A DNA stretch of 64,000 bases, from contig JBIIRM010000001.1 in assembly GCA_044341565.1 (NCBI GenBank), positions 1,159 to 65,158 of the forward strand, given 5' to 3'. A program made the position numbers and the translations under genes. This document shows, in pieces, positions 37,699 through 48,483 of the stretch; position 1 is the stretch's first letter, and the number at the start of each line of letters is the position of its first letter. The notes under the pieces are model-generated. The model was not told where the DNA came from. It did no database searches and saw nothing but the letters and a program-made list of their open reading frames with translations. This DNA comes from Minisyncoccia bacterium. Lineage in GTDB: Bacteria > Patescibacteriota > Minisyncoccia > SW-4-49-11.

Positions 37699-39126
37699 TT
37701 AATCAGAGTTGGGAGAAATGGTGCTGTTATCACTGGTATCTTTGATAGTATAGCCTCTTTGATATAGTTCATCTCTTAACTCATCGGCTTTGGTGAAATT
37801 TTTGTCAGCTCTCGCTTTATTACGTTGATTAAATAATTCCAGTATATCAGTAGGAATATCTTGTTCTGTTTTCTTCTCCAATATATCAAGAGCTAATATA
37901 CGCTCAAGCCTCTGGAATGCTTTGATAATATGGCGTCTTGGTATTGGCTCTCCATCATCTATTGCGCTATTGATACTGCGAATAAATTCAAAGATTTGGG
38001 CTATTGCTTGTGGGGAGTCAAGATCATTGAATAGGGCTCGGCGAAAACTGGTATAAGTATCTCGTATGAGTTTTTGTAATTTGAGATTTCTCTTATGATG
38101 AGGTAGAGCTTGTACTCTATGAATAAAGGTGAGTATTCTATTGCGACTTTGTTTGGCTTGTTGTAATGAATCCCAAGAAAAATCTATATCAGAGCGATAA
38201 TGTGCCATTAATACAAGTAGTCTCAAATCAAGAGGGGAATAGCCTTTGTCAATAATATCATCAAGAGTAATAAAAGTCCCCGCTGATTTAGACATTTTAG
38301 TCTTATCTACAGTAAGAAAATAACTATGTAGCCAATAATGCGCCATAGATTTACCGGTATCAGCTGTGAATTGAGCTATTTCATTGGTGTGATGTATAGG
38401 TATATGATCTTTTCCTCCTGTATGTATATCAAAAGGTGCATGTAATAAACTATCTGCCATTACTACACATTCTGAATGCCAACCAGGAAAACCAATTCCC
38501 CAAGGACTATCCCATTCCATTTGTCTTTGTCCATCTTTGGGTGAGAATTTCCATAAAGCAAAATCTGAGGGAGACTTTTTGTCCCCGATATCTACTCGAG
38601 CTCCAGCTTCCTGAGCTTCAAGATTGAGACGTGCAAAATCAGCATATTCTGGGAATTTAGTGGTGTCAAAATAGATTCCATCAGCAATAGTATAGGTATA
38701 TCCTTTTCGTTCTAATCTCTTAATAAGATTAATTTGCTCTTTGATATAATTGGTAGCTTTAGGATAATGATCAGAAGGAATGATATTCAGTTTATCTAAA
38801 TCTTCTCGCCACATTTTGGTATATTTATCAGCAACTTCAATAGCGGTGAGATTTTCTCTTTTAGCTCCTTTTTCTAATTTATCTTCTCCTATATCTTCAT
38901 CACTAATAAGATGCCCTACATCGGTAATATTGGTAACTGAATAAACCGTATAGCCATGAATCATCAAAGTTCTTTTGAGTAAATCATCAAATAAACTTTT
39001 GCGTAAATTTCCAATATGTTGTCTATCATATACGGTTGGACCACAACTATATAGTGATACTCTCTTAGGATGTATTGATTTAAAGGGGACTATTGCTTTA
39101 GCTGAAGTATTATATAGTTTTATCAT
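37699..39126 (-). CDS. cysS: Cysteine--tRNA ligase
   Basis: CGPTVY, HIGN, DFALWK, GWHSEC and KMSKS motifs. Confidence 0.97.
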   Translation of the reverse strand: MIKLYNTSAKAIVPFKSIHPKRVSLYSCGPTVYDRQHIGNLRKSLFDDLLKRTLMIHGYTVYSVTNITDVGHLISDEDIGEDKLEKGAKRENLTAIEVADKYTKMWREDLDKLNIIPSDHYPKATNYIKEQINLIKRLERKGYTYTIADGIYFDTTKFPEYADFARLNLEAQEAGARVDIGDKKSPSDFALWKFSPKDGQRQMEWDSPWGIGFPGWHSECVVMADSLLHAPFDIHTGGKDHIPIHHTNEIAQFTADTGKSMAHYWLHSYFLTVDKTKMSKSAGTFITLDDIIDKGYSPLDLRLLVLMAHYRSDIDFSWDSLQQAKQSRNRILTFIHRVQALPHHKRNLKLQKLIRDTYTSFRRALFNDLDSPQAIAQIFEFIRSINSAIDDGEPIPRRHIIKAFQRLERILALDILEKKTEQDIPTDILELFNQRNKARADKNFTKADELRDELYQRGYTIKDTSDNSTISPNSD

Positions 39127-39132
39127 ACAAAA

Positions 39133-40785
39133 TTATTGAAGAGGATTAGATGTTGCTTTATTTGGTGGGCGATATGTGGAATAAAATGCATCTCTTTTTA
39201 TCATATTTTCTCCTTCATAAATTTCACGATAAGCTACGGTTTTCATTGATCCATCTGGACTCGATTCAAGCACAACAGGATCTATAGTTTTAGCAGTTTT
39301 CCCTGTAGATGTTCCATAAATTTCATAATAGAGAATAGTTCCTACAATATAATGTTGAAGAAGAATATAATTATTGGTATCATTCTTAAATTTGAAATCA
39401 GGCTTTGGAATATAAATGGTAGCATCTAGTCCTGGCTTTCCATAATAATTGACAATATAAGAGTGATTACGCCGCTCAGTAATAGGTAGGGCAGCATTAA
39501 GAGCTGCGCGGAATAGGGTGGTAGATACCTGACAAATTCCTCCCCCATATTCTGGGATTGTCTTTTTCCCTTTAATGACTAATTCAGGAAGATATCCACT
39601 ACGAGCATCAACTTTACCGAGTGTGTCTACAAAAGAAAATTCATCTCCTGGTTTAATAAGAGTACTTGAGATTTTGTCAGCCGCAACATTAATATTCTTA
39701 ACTCGACTTTTACTTGATCCACGAAAATTAGATTCTCCTCTACCAAGTAATGTTTTGAGCCCAAGTGCATCAAATTGAGACTCGTCAATGAGTGGGGAAG
39801 TCACCGCTACGAATAATTCAGTTTTAGGGATACCAGCTAATATATCATCTCGAATACGTTTGGAACTTTCTTCTAACATTAACTGAGTACCTTCTTTTCC
39901 TTCCTGCACAATTTTGATTTGCTGTGTAGTGGCATCAAATCTCAATTTAGCATCTATTGGTTGACTAGTAAGAGTTTTTTGTACCGACTCCAAGTATTCT
40001 TTAATGATATCTTGGGATATACCCAGTTTACGAGTTGTGGGATCAATGGTAATCCAGGTTACAATTTCCTCAGGAGGAATAGTAATGGTGGTGTCATTGA
40101 AAAAGATATCATGTTTTACTAAAAACCCTTCTAAATCAGATTTTTGAGCTTCCCAAGAACTCGTGGTAATAGTAGGCATTTCTTTTTTGAGAGGGATTTC
40201 AATACGGGCTTCATCTTTATTCAGCTCAGCAAGAATAAGAGGAGCAATAGCTTCGCTATCAATACTTTCTCCCGCTTGTTCGGGTATAATAGTAACTTGT
40301 CCATTGATATAATCTAATTTAGCATCGGCTAAGGTATTAAGGGCGGGATTGACTTTTGCTCCAAGGGAAGATTCTATATTCCCAATATCAGAGCTATATA
40401 CCCAATTTATAGAAATAGGTTGAAAAAGTTTTTGGAGGAGCTCTACAATATTACCTTCTCGTTTTATTTTATAGGCTTTAACCAAAGTATCATCGGTATT
40501 TAGAGTAAGCCCAAGCTCTGCTAAACTAGTAGGATATTCTTGATCTCCATAGGTTAATAGTATCGGTTTTTCACTTAAATTTTTATTTTGTTCTTCTAAA
40601 ATAGTAAAAGCTTCTTTGAGATTTTTGGAACTAATATCTATTCCCTGTACAGATACTTTGGGATAAATTGAATCACGATATGCATATGCTGCCCCACCAA
40701 TAGATAAGGCAATAACCCCAAGACTAATTCCTGAGATGATTATAGGTTTTTTTACTTTTTGCCAAGTTAATTTCATATCAGACAT
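39133..40785 (-). CDS. VanW family protein with peptidoglycan-binding repeats
   Basis: N-terminal TM; GGGICQVSTTLF, ERRNHS and GLDAT motifs. Confidence 0.9.
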   Translation of the reverse strand: MSDMKLTWQKVKKPIIISGISLGVIALSIGGAAYAYRDSIYPKVSVQGIDISSKNLKEAFTILEEQNKNLSEKPILLTYGDQEYPTSLAELGLTLNTDDTLVKAYKIKREGNIVELLQKLFQPISINWVYSSDIGNIESSLGAKVNPALNTLADAKLDYINGQVTIIPEQAGESIDSEAIAPLILAELNKDEARIEIPLKKEMPTITTSSWEAQKSDLEGFLVKHDIFFNDTTITIPPEEIVTWITIDPTTRKLGISQDIIKEYLESVQKTLTSQPIDAKLRFDATTQQIKIVQEGKEGTQLMLEESSKRIRDDILAGIPKTELFVAVTSPLIDESQFDALGLKTLLGRGESNFRGSSKSRVKNINVAADKISSTLIKPGDEFSFVDTLGKVDARSGYLPELVIKGKKTIPEYGGGICQVSTTLFRAALNAALPITERRNHSYIVNYYGKPGLDATIYIPKPDFKFKNDTNNYILLQHYIVGTILYYEIYGTSTGKTAKTIDPVVLESSPDGSMKTVAYREIYEGENMIKRDAFYSTYRPPNKATSNPLQ

Positions 40786-40825
40786 CTATGTATTATGTAT
40801 AGTGTACTATAGCTTATATATATTA

Positions 40826-41815
40826 TCAAATTGATTTACCTCTCAATTTACGAAATACGCTATATAGAGAGAATACTATATGATTGTGAATCATAATTTG
40901 GCTTGTAGGATAGTTTATTGTCTCTCCTCCAAATTGTATTTTGAAACGAGAAATTCCTTGCCAACTTTTCTTGGTAGTAGAAATTCCCCAAAAATCATAA
41001 ACTTTTTTACCAAGTTTTCTTGCCTCTTTAATAGATTTCCATTGAAGTAGTGTTGGAGCCATTAAATTACGATATTGATTACTTGAAGCTCCATGCAGAT
41101 ATATTCGTTCTGTTGGGGTATCAAGAATAATATTAGCAGCCAAAACCGTAGAATCATATTCAGCAATAATGAGGAATGTTTTAATTGTGGGTAGTTTAGT
41201 TGTGAGTAAATGATAATAATGCTCTTTATTATGTATAGCAAATTTTCCTCTTTGACTGGTATCTTGTATCAGCCGAAAAAATTGATTAAAATATGTTTCA
41301 AAACCAGTATCATCATTATTAATCTTTTTGATTATTACTCCTTTACGCTCAGCAAGTTTGATATTATAGCGCATTTTAGAATGAATAGATTTAAATAGAG
41401 TATCTTCATCTTGTTCAAGATTCAATATTTGGGTTTGATGAGGAAGTCTCTCGGTTGAACTGACTTTTGTATTATTTTCCCATATTTGGATAGGATTTAG
41501 CTTAGTAGGTTCGATTAAGGTGAATACTGCCTTATATTTTTGTGCTATGGTTTTGATATTATCCCAAAACTCATTTTTTTGCTCTGGGCTTATATTTTCC
41601 TGATACAATATGGGTCCTCGAGGAATATATAATTGAGTATAGGATCCAATCAAATGATATATATACACTTGTGCAAATAATACGGGCTTATCATTATCAG
41701 TAATATATATTCTCTCAACTGCTAATATATCCTTTGCAATTAATAGGGCCCAATCTGATAACTGATAATATTCAGGTATATTTTGAGGGGAAATATCTGT
41801 GAGCTGTAAAATCAT
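40826..41815 (-). CDS. FemABX-family peptidoglycan bridge aminoacyltransferase
   Basis: YIPRGP, RYNIKLAERKGV, YLHGAS, YDFWG and FKIQFGG motifs. Confidence 0.9.
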   Translation of the reverse strand: MILQLTDISPQNIPEYYQLSDWALLIAKDILAVERIYITDNDKPVLFAQVYIYHLIGSYTQLYIPRGPILYQENISPEQKNEFWDNIKTIAQKYKAVFTLIEPTKLNPIQIWENNTKVSSTERLPHQTQILNLEQDEDTLFKSIHSKMRYNIKLAERKGVIIKKINNDDTGFETYFNQFFRLIQDTSQRGKFAIHNKEHYYHLLTTKLPTIKTFLIIAEYDSTVLAANIILDTPTERIYLHGASSNQYRNLMAPTLLQWKSIKEARKLGKKVYDFWGISTTKKSWQGISRFKIQFGGETINYPTSQIMIHNHIVFSLYSVFRKLRGKSI

Positions 41816-42774
41816 ATAGCTTGTGGATTTAGAGTCTCGGATATAGATATTAATTCCTCAAGGGATAATAATCCATTGACTGAACCTACTTCTCGGAGCA
41901 CCGCAGAAGATTGAATAATTCCCCATATTAATGATTGAGATATATTATCAGATTGAATAAATGAGGCCAGAAAAGCTGCTGCAAAGGCATCTCCCGCCCC
42001 TGTAGTCTCAGCAACGGTAACTGGTCTTGATGGTAGATAAAGAATGGTATTCTCAGTACTGACATAGGCTCCATTATTTCCATCGGTGAGCACAATAATG
42101 GGTATTCCTAATATATGTATAGCTTGAATAAGATTGGGTATAGACTCTTCTTTAAAATTATTAATAATATATTGTGCCTCTTCTTTATTTACAAAAATAA
42201 TTTCAATTTTAGGGATAAGATTATGTATTAAATCTAAATGATTTTTGAGTAAATAGGATCCTGGATTAAAAGCAATTCTATGAGGGATATTTTCTGCAAT
42301 AACAGATTCTAATAATGGTTCACATCCATGACTTAATGAGGTAATATATAGCCAGTCAGCTTCTGGAATTTGTATAGAATTATAATTCTTGGGAGTATGA
42401 TAAGATAATACGACTCGCTCTCCTGACAGGGAGAGAATAGTAGATTGATTAATACCGGAGTCTTCTGAAATATCTATATGGTCAGTATTAATATGAGATT
42501 CAGCAATAGTATTCACAATGTATTGAGATAATTCATCATTACCGACTGAGGCAATAAGAGCGGATGATATTTGTAATAATGTTAAACCATAGGCAATATT
42601 ATAAGCATTTCCCCCAAGAGATTCATATATATCAGAGATAGGAATTTTTTGACCTAATTCTAAATTAAATACAAAATTTCCTGGATTATCCGGGGAAGGT
42701 ATAATAGGTGTTTCAGGTAATAATAAAAATCTATCAAGCGAAATATCTCCAAGAATAGCACATTGATAATTCAT
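41812..42774 (-). CDS. PfkB-family carbohydrate kinase
   Basis: GGNAYN, AFNPG, NKEEA and TTGAGDAF motifs. Confidence 0.9.
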   Translation of the reverse strand: MNYQCAILGDISLDRFLLLPETPIIPSPDNPGNFVFNLELGQKIPISDIYESLGGNAYNIAYGLTLLQISSALIASVGNDELSQYIVNTIAESHINTDHIDISEDSGINQSTILSLSGERVVLSYHTPKNYNSIQIPEADWLYITSLSHGCEPLLESVIAENIPHRIAFNPGSYLLKNHLDLIHNLIPKIEIIFVNKEEAQYIINNFKEESIPNLIQAIHILGIPIIVLTDGNNGAYVSTENTILYLPSRPVTVAETTGAGDAFAAAFLASFIQSDNISQSLIWGIIQSSAVLREVGSVNGLLSLEELISISETLNPQAI

Positions 42775-42778
42775 AATA

Positions 42779-43213
42779 TTAGGATTGAATAATAATAGAT
42801 CTCTCTTCCGGGCTTATCACATCAAAAATAATTTGAATATGAGGAATATCTTTCCAAAGATTAGGTGTTTTATTTGCCCATTCAATAAGAAGTATAGATT
42901 TAGGATTTTGTAATATATCATTAATGCCGAGTTCCAATACTTCCCACTCTTGCTCGAGGCGATATAAATCAAAATGATATACCGTATATTCTGAATTAGG
43001 GATTGTATATGGTTTCATAATTACAAAAGTTGGGCTATTGACCGTTTGAGTAATACCAAGTACTTTTAGGAATCCCTGACTAAATGTTGTTTTCCCCCCT
43101 CCAAGTTCCCCATCAAGTAATATGAGCCGAGGTTTTAATCCCTCTAAAACTTCCTGCGCGAGAGTTTGGGCAATTTCTTGAGTTTGTGTGATAGAGTGAG
43201 AAAGTATACTCAT
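42779..43213 (-). CDS. tsaE: t6A biosynthesis ATPase TsaE
   Basis: GELGGGKTT, SPTF, HFDLYR and IEWA motifs. Confidence 0.95.
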   Translation of the reverse strand: MSILSHSITQTQEIAQTLAQEVLEGLKPRLILLDGELGGGKTTFSQGFLKVLGITQTVNSPTFVIMKPYTIPNSEYTVYHFDLYRLEQEWEVLELGINDILQNPKSILLIEWANKTPNLWKDIPHIQIIFDVISPEERSIIIQS

Positions 43214-43214
43214 A

Positions 43215-46205
43215 TTATAATACTGTAATTCCTAATACCCGTTCAATTTCAGCAAAATCAGTAGTATGATCTAATACCTTTAGAATACCAGAAACTTCCA
43301 AGGTTGTCATGCCCTCTTTAATAGCTAAATCTTTAATACGGGCGGTGGATGCTTGACTAATAATAATTTCTTTAATAGCTGGGCTAATAACAAGCACTTC
43401 AAATATAGCCATAATACCAAGATATCCATCGGGATGATCGGGGCTTGAATTAGCTTGTAATATAGTATCAGGAATAAGATTATGATAATGTTCTGGTAAT
43501 TTAGAGCGAATAATATCTTTTTGTTCATCAGTTAAAGTGATAGGAGTAGCGGTAGCTGGGTCAAGTTTACGAATAATACGTTGAGCAATAGTAACATTAA
43601 CAAAGGCAGCAATTTCAGAAAGACCAACACCCAAATCATATAATCTCAAAATTGCAGAAGCAGCATCATTAGTATGCAAAGTAGATAGCAAAAGATGTCC
43701 CGTTGCTGCTGTTTGCATAGCAACTTTAGCAGTTTCATTATCTCGAATTTCTCCAATAAGTACAATATTAGGGTTTTGTCTTAATAGGGCTCGAATAGCA
43801 TTGGGAAAACTATAACCAGTCTCTTCATTAATACTCGTTTGGAGAATTCCTGACAATTTGTATTCAATTGGATCTTCAATGGTAATAATTTTCACCCCAG
43901 GCTGATTGAGGGTGTTAAGAGTTGCATAAAGAGTGGTAGATTTTCCAGCACTAGTAGGACCTGTTACAAGTATAAGTCCAGTAGTAGCTTTGAGCTGAGC
44001 TTTAAGAAGGCCAATATTATATTCATCCATTCCAAGATCTTTGAGTCCGAGGCTTGCAATATCTGACCTTAGGATACGAAGTACAATGGTTTGACCATAT
44101 CCTCCGGGAATAATAGAAACTCTTACATCAAAATTCTTCTCAGTAAAAATAGTAAATCTTCCCTCCTGAATAGTATTGCTAATATCCAGAGCTAGACCTG
44201 AGAATATTTTGATTTGGGTTAAAATTTGAGGATAAAGAGATTTTGGAATACGAGCCTCTTCATATAAAACTCCATCAATACGAAATCGAATAATTAAATC
44301 TCCCTCATCAGGCTCAAGATGAATATCAGTAGCTCTTTTTGAGAGGGCTGCTGTAGTAATAGCAGTTAATTGATCATTAATTGACATAGACTCAGACAAT
44401 TGACTAATTTGAGGAGGGGTATTACTCGGCTTTATATGAATTCCACGAGATAATGCTGACGTAAGGGTTGACTCATATAATTCTTCAATATAATTTATAT
44501 CTCCAGCTACAGCTAAGACTTCTTCAAATGAAGTTTCTCCATCAATAGCATGAAGAATTCCATCTTGGAATAAGGTTACCATTCCATTTTCTATAGCTTT
44601 ACGAAATATTTTGAATTCAGGGGTATTATTACTAATTAATTCTTTAATATTGTCACGAGCTTCAAATAACTCATAAATAGCAAGACGCCCTTTATATCCA
44701 AGCCCATAACATTTAGGACAACCTTTGGGCTTATATAATTTAGTTACTTCTTTAGGTATGGTTATATTAGATTTGGGAGAAATAATGGCAAGAGCATGAT
44801 TAATCGTTGTGACCTCTTCCTCTGATGGAATATATTCCTCTTTACATTCACATAATCGCCGCAATAATCTTTGAGCAATAAATAAATTCATGGCAGATAT
44901 GATAAGTGGGGGGGGCACATCAAATTCTTGTAATCTGGTTACAATACCTACGGAATCATTGGTGTGAATAGTAGAGAATACGAGATGACCAGTAATGGAA
45001 GCATTCACTGCAATATTGGCAGTATCATTGTCTCTAATTTCTCCAATCATAATCACATCGGGGTCTTGTCTTACGATGGCTTTTAATCCATTAGCAAAAG
45101 TATATCCTTTTTTAATATCAACTTGAGTTTGATTGATATTTTGTAATCGATATTCAATTGGATCTTCAAGAGTAATAATATTGGTCTCACTTCTATTTAT
45201 ATAATTTAGAAAAGAATAAAGGCTGGTAGTTTTTCCTGATCCTGTAGGCCCTGATAACATAATCATACCTTGGGATTTCTCAAGATTTCTTAAAATAATA
45301 TCTAGAAAAGGGGGTCTAATTCCAAATGAATAAATATCTAAATTGTGAATTTCGGTATTCAATAATCGCATCACAATAATTTCTCCTGTTTTACTCGGCA
45401 ATATAGAAACTCTTACATCAATAGTTTGTTTATTAGCACCATCTTTATCAACAATTACAATACTAAATCGTCCATCTTGTGAAGTGCTTTTAACATTAAG
45501 CACTAATGATGCAAGATTCTTGATACGGGATATAAGAGATTTATAAAGATTAGCATCAAAATTTAAAATATCTTGTAAAACTCCATCAATACGATAGCGC
45601 AAACGGGTAAAAGATCCTTTGGGTTCAATATGTATATCGCTAGCAAAAGAGGATATAGCTCCTGCACAAATCATTTGAATTAACTCTGAAGTTTCTACGG
45701 AATTAATTTTTTGAGCAAAATCCTCAAGTTTCACAATATCACTCTGAGTATCTTCTATCATATACTCCGGAATAAGTAGTCTATCCTTTACAATTTGTCC
45801 TCTATCCTGCAGAAAATCATAAGAAGCATATCCTTTCTCAAGACTATATTTTGAAACTAAATATAATTCTATCTGATACTCTTTTTGATAAAATTGTTGT
45901 AAAACTGTTTTTGTAAGAATATTGTTAATATCTCCAATAGCAATTTTGAGATGAATCCCTGAGCGTTGAAATATAATCATACCAGCCTTCTCGGCTTGTT
46001 CTCGAGTCAAGATTTTAAGAGCATCAGGATTAATTGGAATAAATTTGAGATTAATATAGGCAATTCCAAGAGTATCTGCTTTTCTTTGTGTGGCGAGTTC
46101 CTCTTCTTTTTTTCGAATTAATGTTAAATTTGATCCCGCAGCTGTATTAGTCTGGAGTTTTTCTCGAAAACTTTGGCGATTTGATTGTTTATTTATTGAA
46201 GCCAT
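43215..46205 (-). CDS. GspE/PilB-type secretion ATPase with two tandem ATPase domains
   Basis: Two sets of DIHxEP, Walker A (GPTGSGKT; GPTSAGKS), EDPIE, GEIRD and TGH...HTND motifs. Confidence 0.92.
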   Translation of the reverse strand: MASINKQSNRQSFREKLQTNTAAGSNLTLIRKKEEELATQRKADTLGIAYINLKFIPINPDALKILTREQAEKAGMIIFQRSGIHLKIAIGDINNILTKTVLQQFYQKEYQIELYLVSKYSLEKGYASYDFLQDRGQIVKDRLLIPEYMIEDTQSDIVKLEDFAQKINSVETSELIQMICAGAISSFASDIHIEPKGSFTRLRYRIDGVLQDILNFDANLYKSLISRIKNLASLVLNVKSTSQDGRFSIVIVDKDGANKQTIDVRVSILPSKTGEIIVMRLLNTEIHNLDIYSFGIRPPFLDIILRNLEKSQGMIMLSGPTGSGKTTSLYSFLNYINRSETNIITLEDPIEYRLQNINQTQVDIKKGYTFANGLKAIVRQDPDVIMIGEIRDNDTANIAVNASITGHLVFSTIHTNDSVGIVTRLQEFDVPPPLIISAMNLFIAQRLLRRLCECKEEYIPSEEEVTTINHALAIISPKSNITIPKEVTKLYKPKGCPKCYGLGYKGRLAIYELFEARDNIKELISNNTPEFKIFRKAIENGMVTLFQDGILHAIDGETSFEEVLAVAGDINYIEELYESTLTSALSRGIHIKPSNTPPQISQLSESMSINDQLTAITTAALSKRATDIHLEPDEGDLIIRFRIDGVLYEEARIPKSLYPQILTQIKIFSGLALDISNTIQEGRFTIFTEKNFDVRVSIIPGGYGQTIVLRILRSDIASLGLKDLGMDEYNIGLLKAQLKATTGLILVTGPTSAGKSTTLYATLNTLNQPGVKIITIEDPIEYKLSGILQTSINEETGYSFPNAIRALLRQNPNIVLIGEIRDNETAKVAMQTAATGHLLLSTLHTNDAASAILRLYDLGVGLSEIAAFVNVTIAQRIIRKLDPATATPITLTDEQKDIIRSKLPEHYHNLIPDTILQANSSPDHPDGYLGIMAIFEVLVISPAIKEIIISQASTARIKDLAIKEGMTTLEVSGILKVLDHTTDFAEIERVLGITVL

Positions 46206-46223
46206 GGCATATTTATATGCATA

Positions 46224-46290
46224 CAGTATATCATATAGTCTTGAGGCTGTCTAAACTATATGGTCAATATATAGTCACTATGATATACTG
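46224..46290. promoter_or_regulatory. Divergent promoter pair with identical extended -10 boxes
   Basis: CAGTATATCATA (46224-46235) and TATGATATACTG (46279-46290) are exact reverse complements. Confidence 0.7.
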
Positions 46291-46297
46291 ATTATAT

Positions 46298-47368
46298 ATG
46301 AGATATATTCAAGATATTCCTTATTCTCTCAAAGGAAAAAAAGTTTTAATACGAATTGATGTTAATGAACCTGTTAATGCTGAAGGATATCCTCAGGATG
46401 CTTTTCGTATTAAAAAAGCTTTAGCGACCATTCAATATTTTCGAGAAAAAGAGGCAAAAATTATATTAATTGCTCATCTTGGAAGTCCTCAAGAATCAGG
46501 AATTGAAGGATTATCTTTGAAATATATTGCGCAAGTATTAGGAGAATTAGGGGGATTCCCAGTAACATTTATCGATAAACCAATACGTGAAGTCAATGCA
46601 GATATTATTTCAAATCTTAAGACAGGAGAAATAGTTTTTTTAGAAAATATTCGTTTTGATGCCGGAGAAGAGGTAAATGATAAAGAATTTGCTCATCTCT
46701 TAGCCCAATTTGGGAATATATATATTAACGATGCTTTTTCTGTATCTCATCGAAAGCATGCTTCCGTGTCAGCTATTACAGAATACCTTCCATCCTTTGC
46801 GGGACTGCAATTAGCTCAGGAAATTGAAGTGTTGAATCGTATACTAATAAGTCCGGATACACCTGCAATAGCAATTATTGGAGGAGCGAAAATTTCAACA
46901 AAATTACCAGTAATTTCAGTACTAGAAGAAATATTTGACTATATATTGGTGGGAGGGAAAATTGCTAATGAATATCTTGAAGAATATGGTCAGGCGCAAA
47001 GTGAAAAAATTATATTACCCATTGATTTTGTAGGGGTAGAAAAATATGATATTGGCCCAAAAACAAGAGCATTGTTTGGGGAATATATTCATAAAGCTGC
47101 AACTATTGTTTGGAATGGTCCTTTGGGTTATTTTGAGAAAAAACCCTATGATGAGGGAACTCAATATATAGCGGAAGCTATTGCTCAGAATGAATCGAGT
47201 TATTCCGTACTTGGTGGGGGAGAAACGGTAGATGAAATTTATAACTTACATCAAGAATCAAAAATAGATTTTATCTCAACTGGGGGTGGAGCTATGCTTG
47301 AGTATATAGCTCAAAAAGGGCAATTACCAGGAATACAAGCTCTTGAAAATAATACAAAGAATTCATGA
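46298..47368 (+). CDS. pgk: Phosphoglycerate kinase (short form)
   Basis: RIDVNEP, LENIRF, NDAF, GGAK, WNGP and STGGGA motifs. Confidence 0.95.
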   Translation: MRYIQDIPYSLKGKKVLIRIDVNEPVNAEGYPQDAFRIKKALATIQYFREKEAKIILIAHLGSPQESGIEGLSLKYIAQVLGELGGFPVTFIDKPIREVNADIISNLKTGEIVFLENIRFDAGEEVNDKEFAHLLAQFGNIYINDAFSVSHRKHASVSAITEYLPSFAGLQLAQEIEVLNRILISPDTPAIAIIGGAKISTKLPVISVLEEIFDYILVGGKIANEYLEEYGQAQSEKIILPIDFVGVEKYDIGPKTRALFGEYIHKAATIVWNGPLGYFEKKPYDEGTQYIAEAIAQNESSYSVLGGGETVDEIYNLHQESKIDFISTGGGAMLEYIAQKGQLPGIQALENNTKNS

Positions 47369-48483
47369 AAATCGCAGTACATGCCTCACATTTATGTCAA
47401 GAAAGAGAAGATGGGAATCAAACCTATATGCTTAATTTATTTCGAGGTCTTCGGGATATTGATACAGAAAATCAATATATGTTTTATTATAATAAACCCA
47501 ATGGGAAAAGAGTAGAAGCTCCTAATTTTGAACATAAAGTGAATCAGGCTCCTTTTATGTGGACACAAAGAGTATTCCCCTTTTTATTGCGGCGTGATAA
47601 ACCAGATATTTTGTTTATGCCCATTCAAATGCTTCCATTCTTAAAGCCACGTAAACAAAAATCTGTTGTTACTATTCATGATTTAGCTTTTCTTCTTTAT
47701 CCTGAAACATTCCCCGTAAGGGACGCTTTCTTACATAAATTATATGTCAAAGAGGCTATTACCAAGGCAGACCATCTTATTGCAATTACTGAGGCTACTA
47801 AACAAGATATTATCAAGTTTTATCATATTGACCCTAGTCTTATCACGGTGGTATATCATGGGGTAGATACAGATAGATTTCGATTAATAAAAGAAGGGGA
47901 GCAGCAAAGAGTAGATGAAGTCAAGGTGAAGTATGGCATTACAAAACCTTATATACTCTATATTGGAAATGTACAACCTCGTAAAAATATTCAGGGTTTA
48001 ATTAAAGCCTATCAGCAATTGCGTCTACATACGACACATATTCAACAATTAGTAATTGCTGGGGCAAAAGCTTGGATGGTTGAAGAGGTCATGAAGGATA
48101 TTGGGGATGATTATAGAGAAGATATTATTTTTACAGGAAGATTTGAAGACGCAGAATTAGCCCCATTATTATGGGGGGCTCAGTCTTTTATATTACCAAG
48201 TTTTTATGAAGGATTTGGCTTGCCTATACTAGAAGCAATGGCTTGTGGAGTTCCTACGCTTGTCTCAAATACCCCAAGTCTGGTGGAGGTGGGGGGAGAG
48301 GCTAGTCTTTCATTTGATCCCCATGATATTGACGATATGGCAAAAGTATTAGACAATATATGTACTGATTCAAATTTAAGGCAAAAATTACGGCAAAAAG
48401 GATTAGATCGAGTAAAGCAATTTTCTTGGAAGCAATGTGCAAGAGAAACCCTTGATGTGATTAAAAAAGTATATACATTATGA
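47365..48483 (+). CDS. Glycosyltransferase family 4
   Basis: TIHDL, PRKN and YEGFGLPILEAM motifs. Confidence 0.92.
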   Translation: MKIAVHASHLCQEREDGNQTYMLNLFRGLRDIDTENQYMFYYNKPNGKRVEAPNFEHKVNQAPFMWTQRVFPFLLRRDKPDILFMPIQMLPFLKPRKQKSVVTIHDLAFLLYPETFPVRDAFLHKLYVKEAITKADHLIAITEATKQDIIKFYHIDPSLITVVYHGVDTDRFRLIKEGEQQRVDEVKVKYGITKPYILYIGNVQPRKNIQGLIKAYQQLRLHTTHIQQLVIAGAKAWMVEEVMKDIGDDYREDIIFTGRFEDAELAPLLWGAQSFILPSFYEGFGLPILEAMACGVPTLVSNTPSLVEVGGEASLSFDPHDIDDMAKVLDNICTDSNLRQKLRQKGLDRVKQFSWKQCARETLDVIKKVYTL

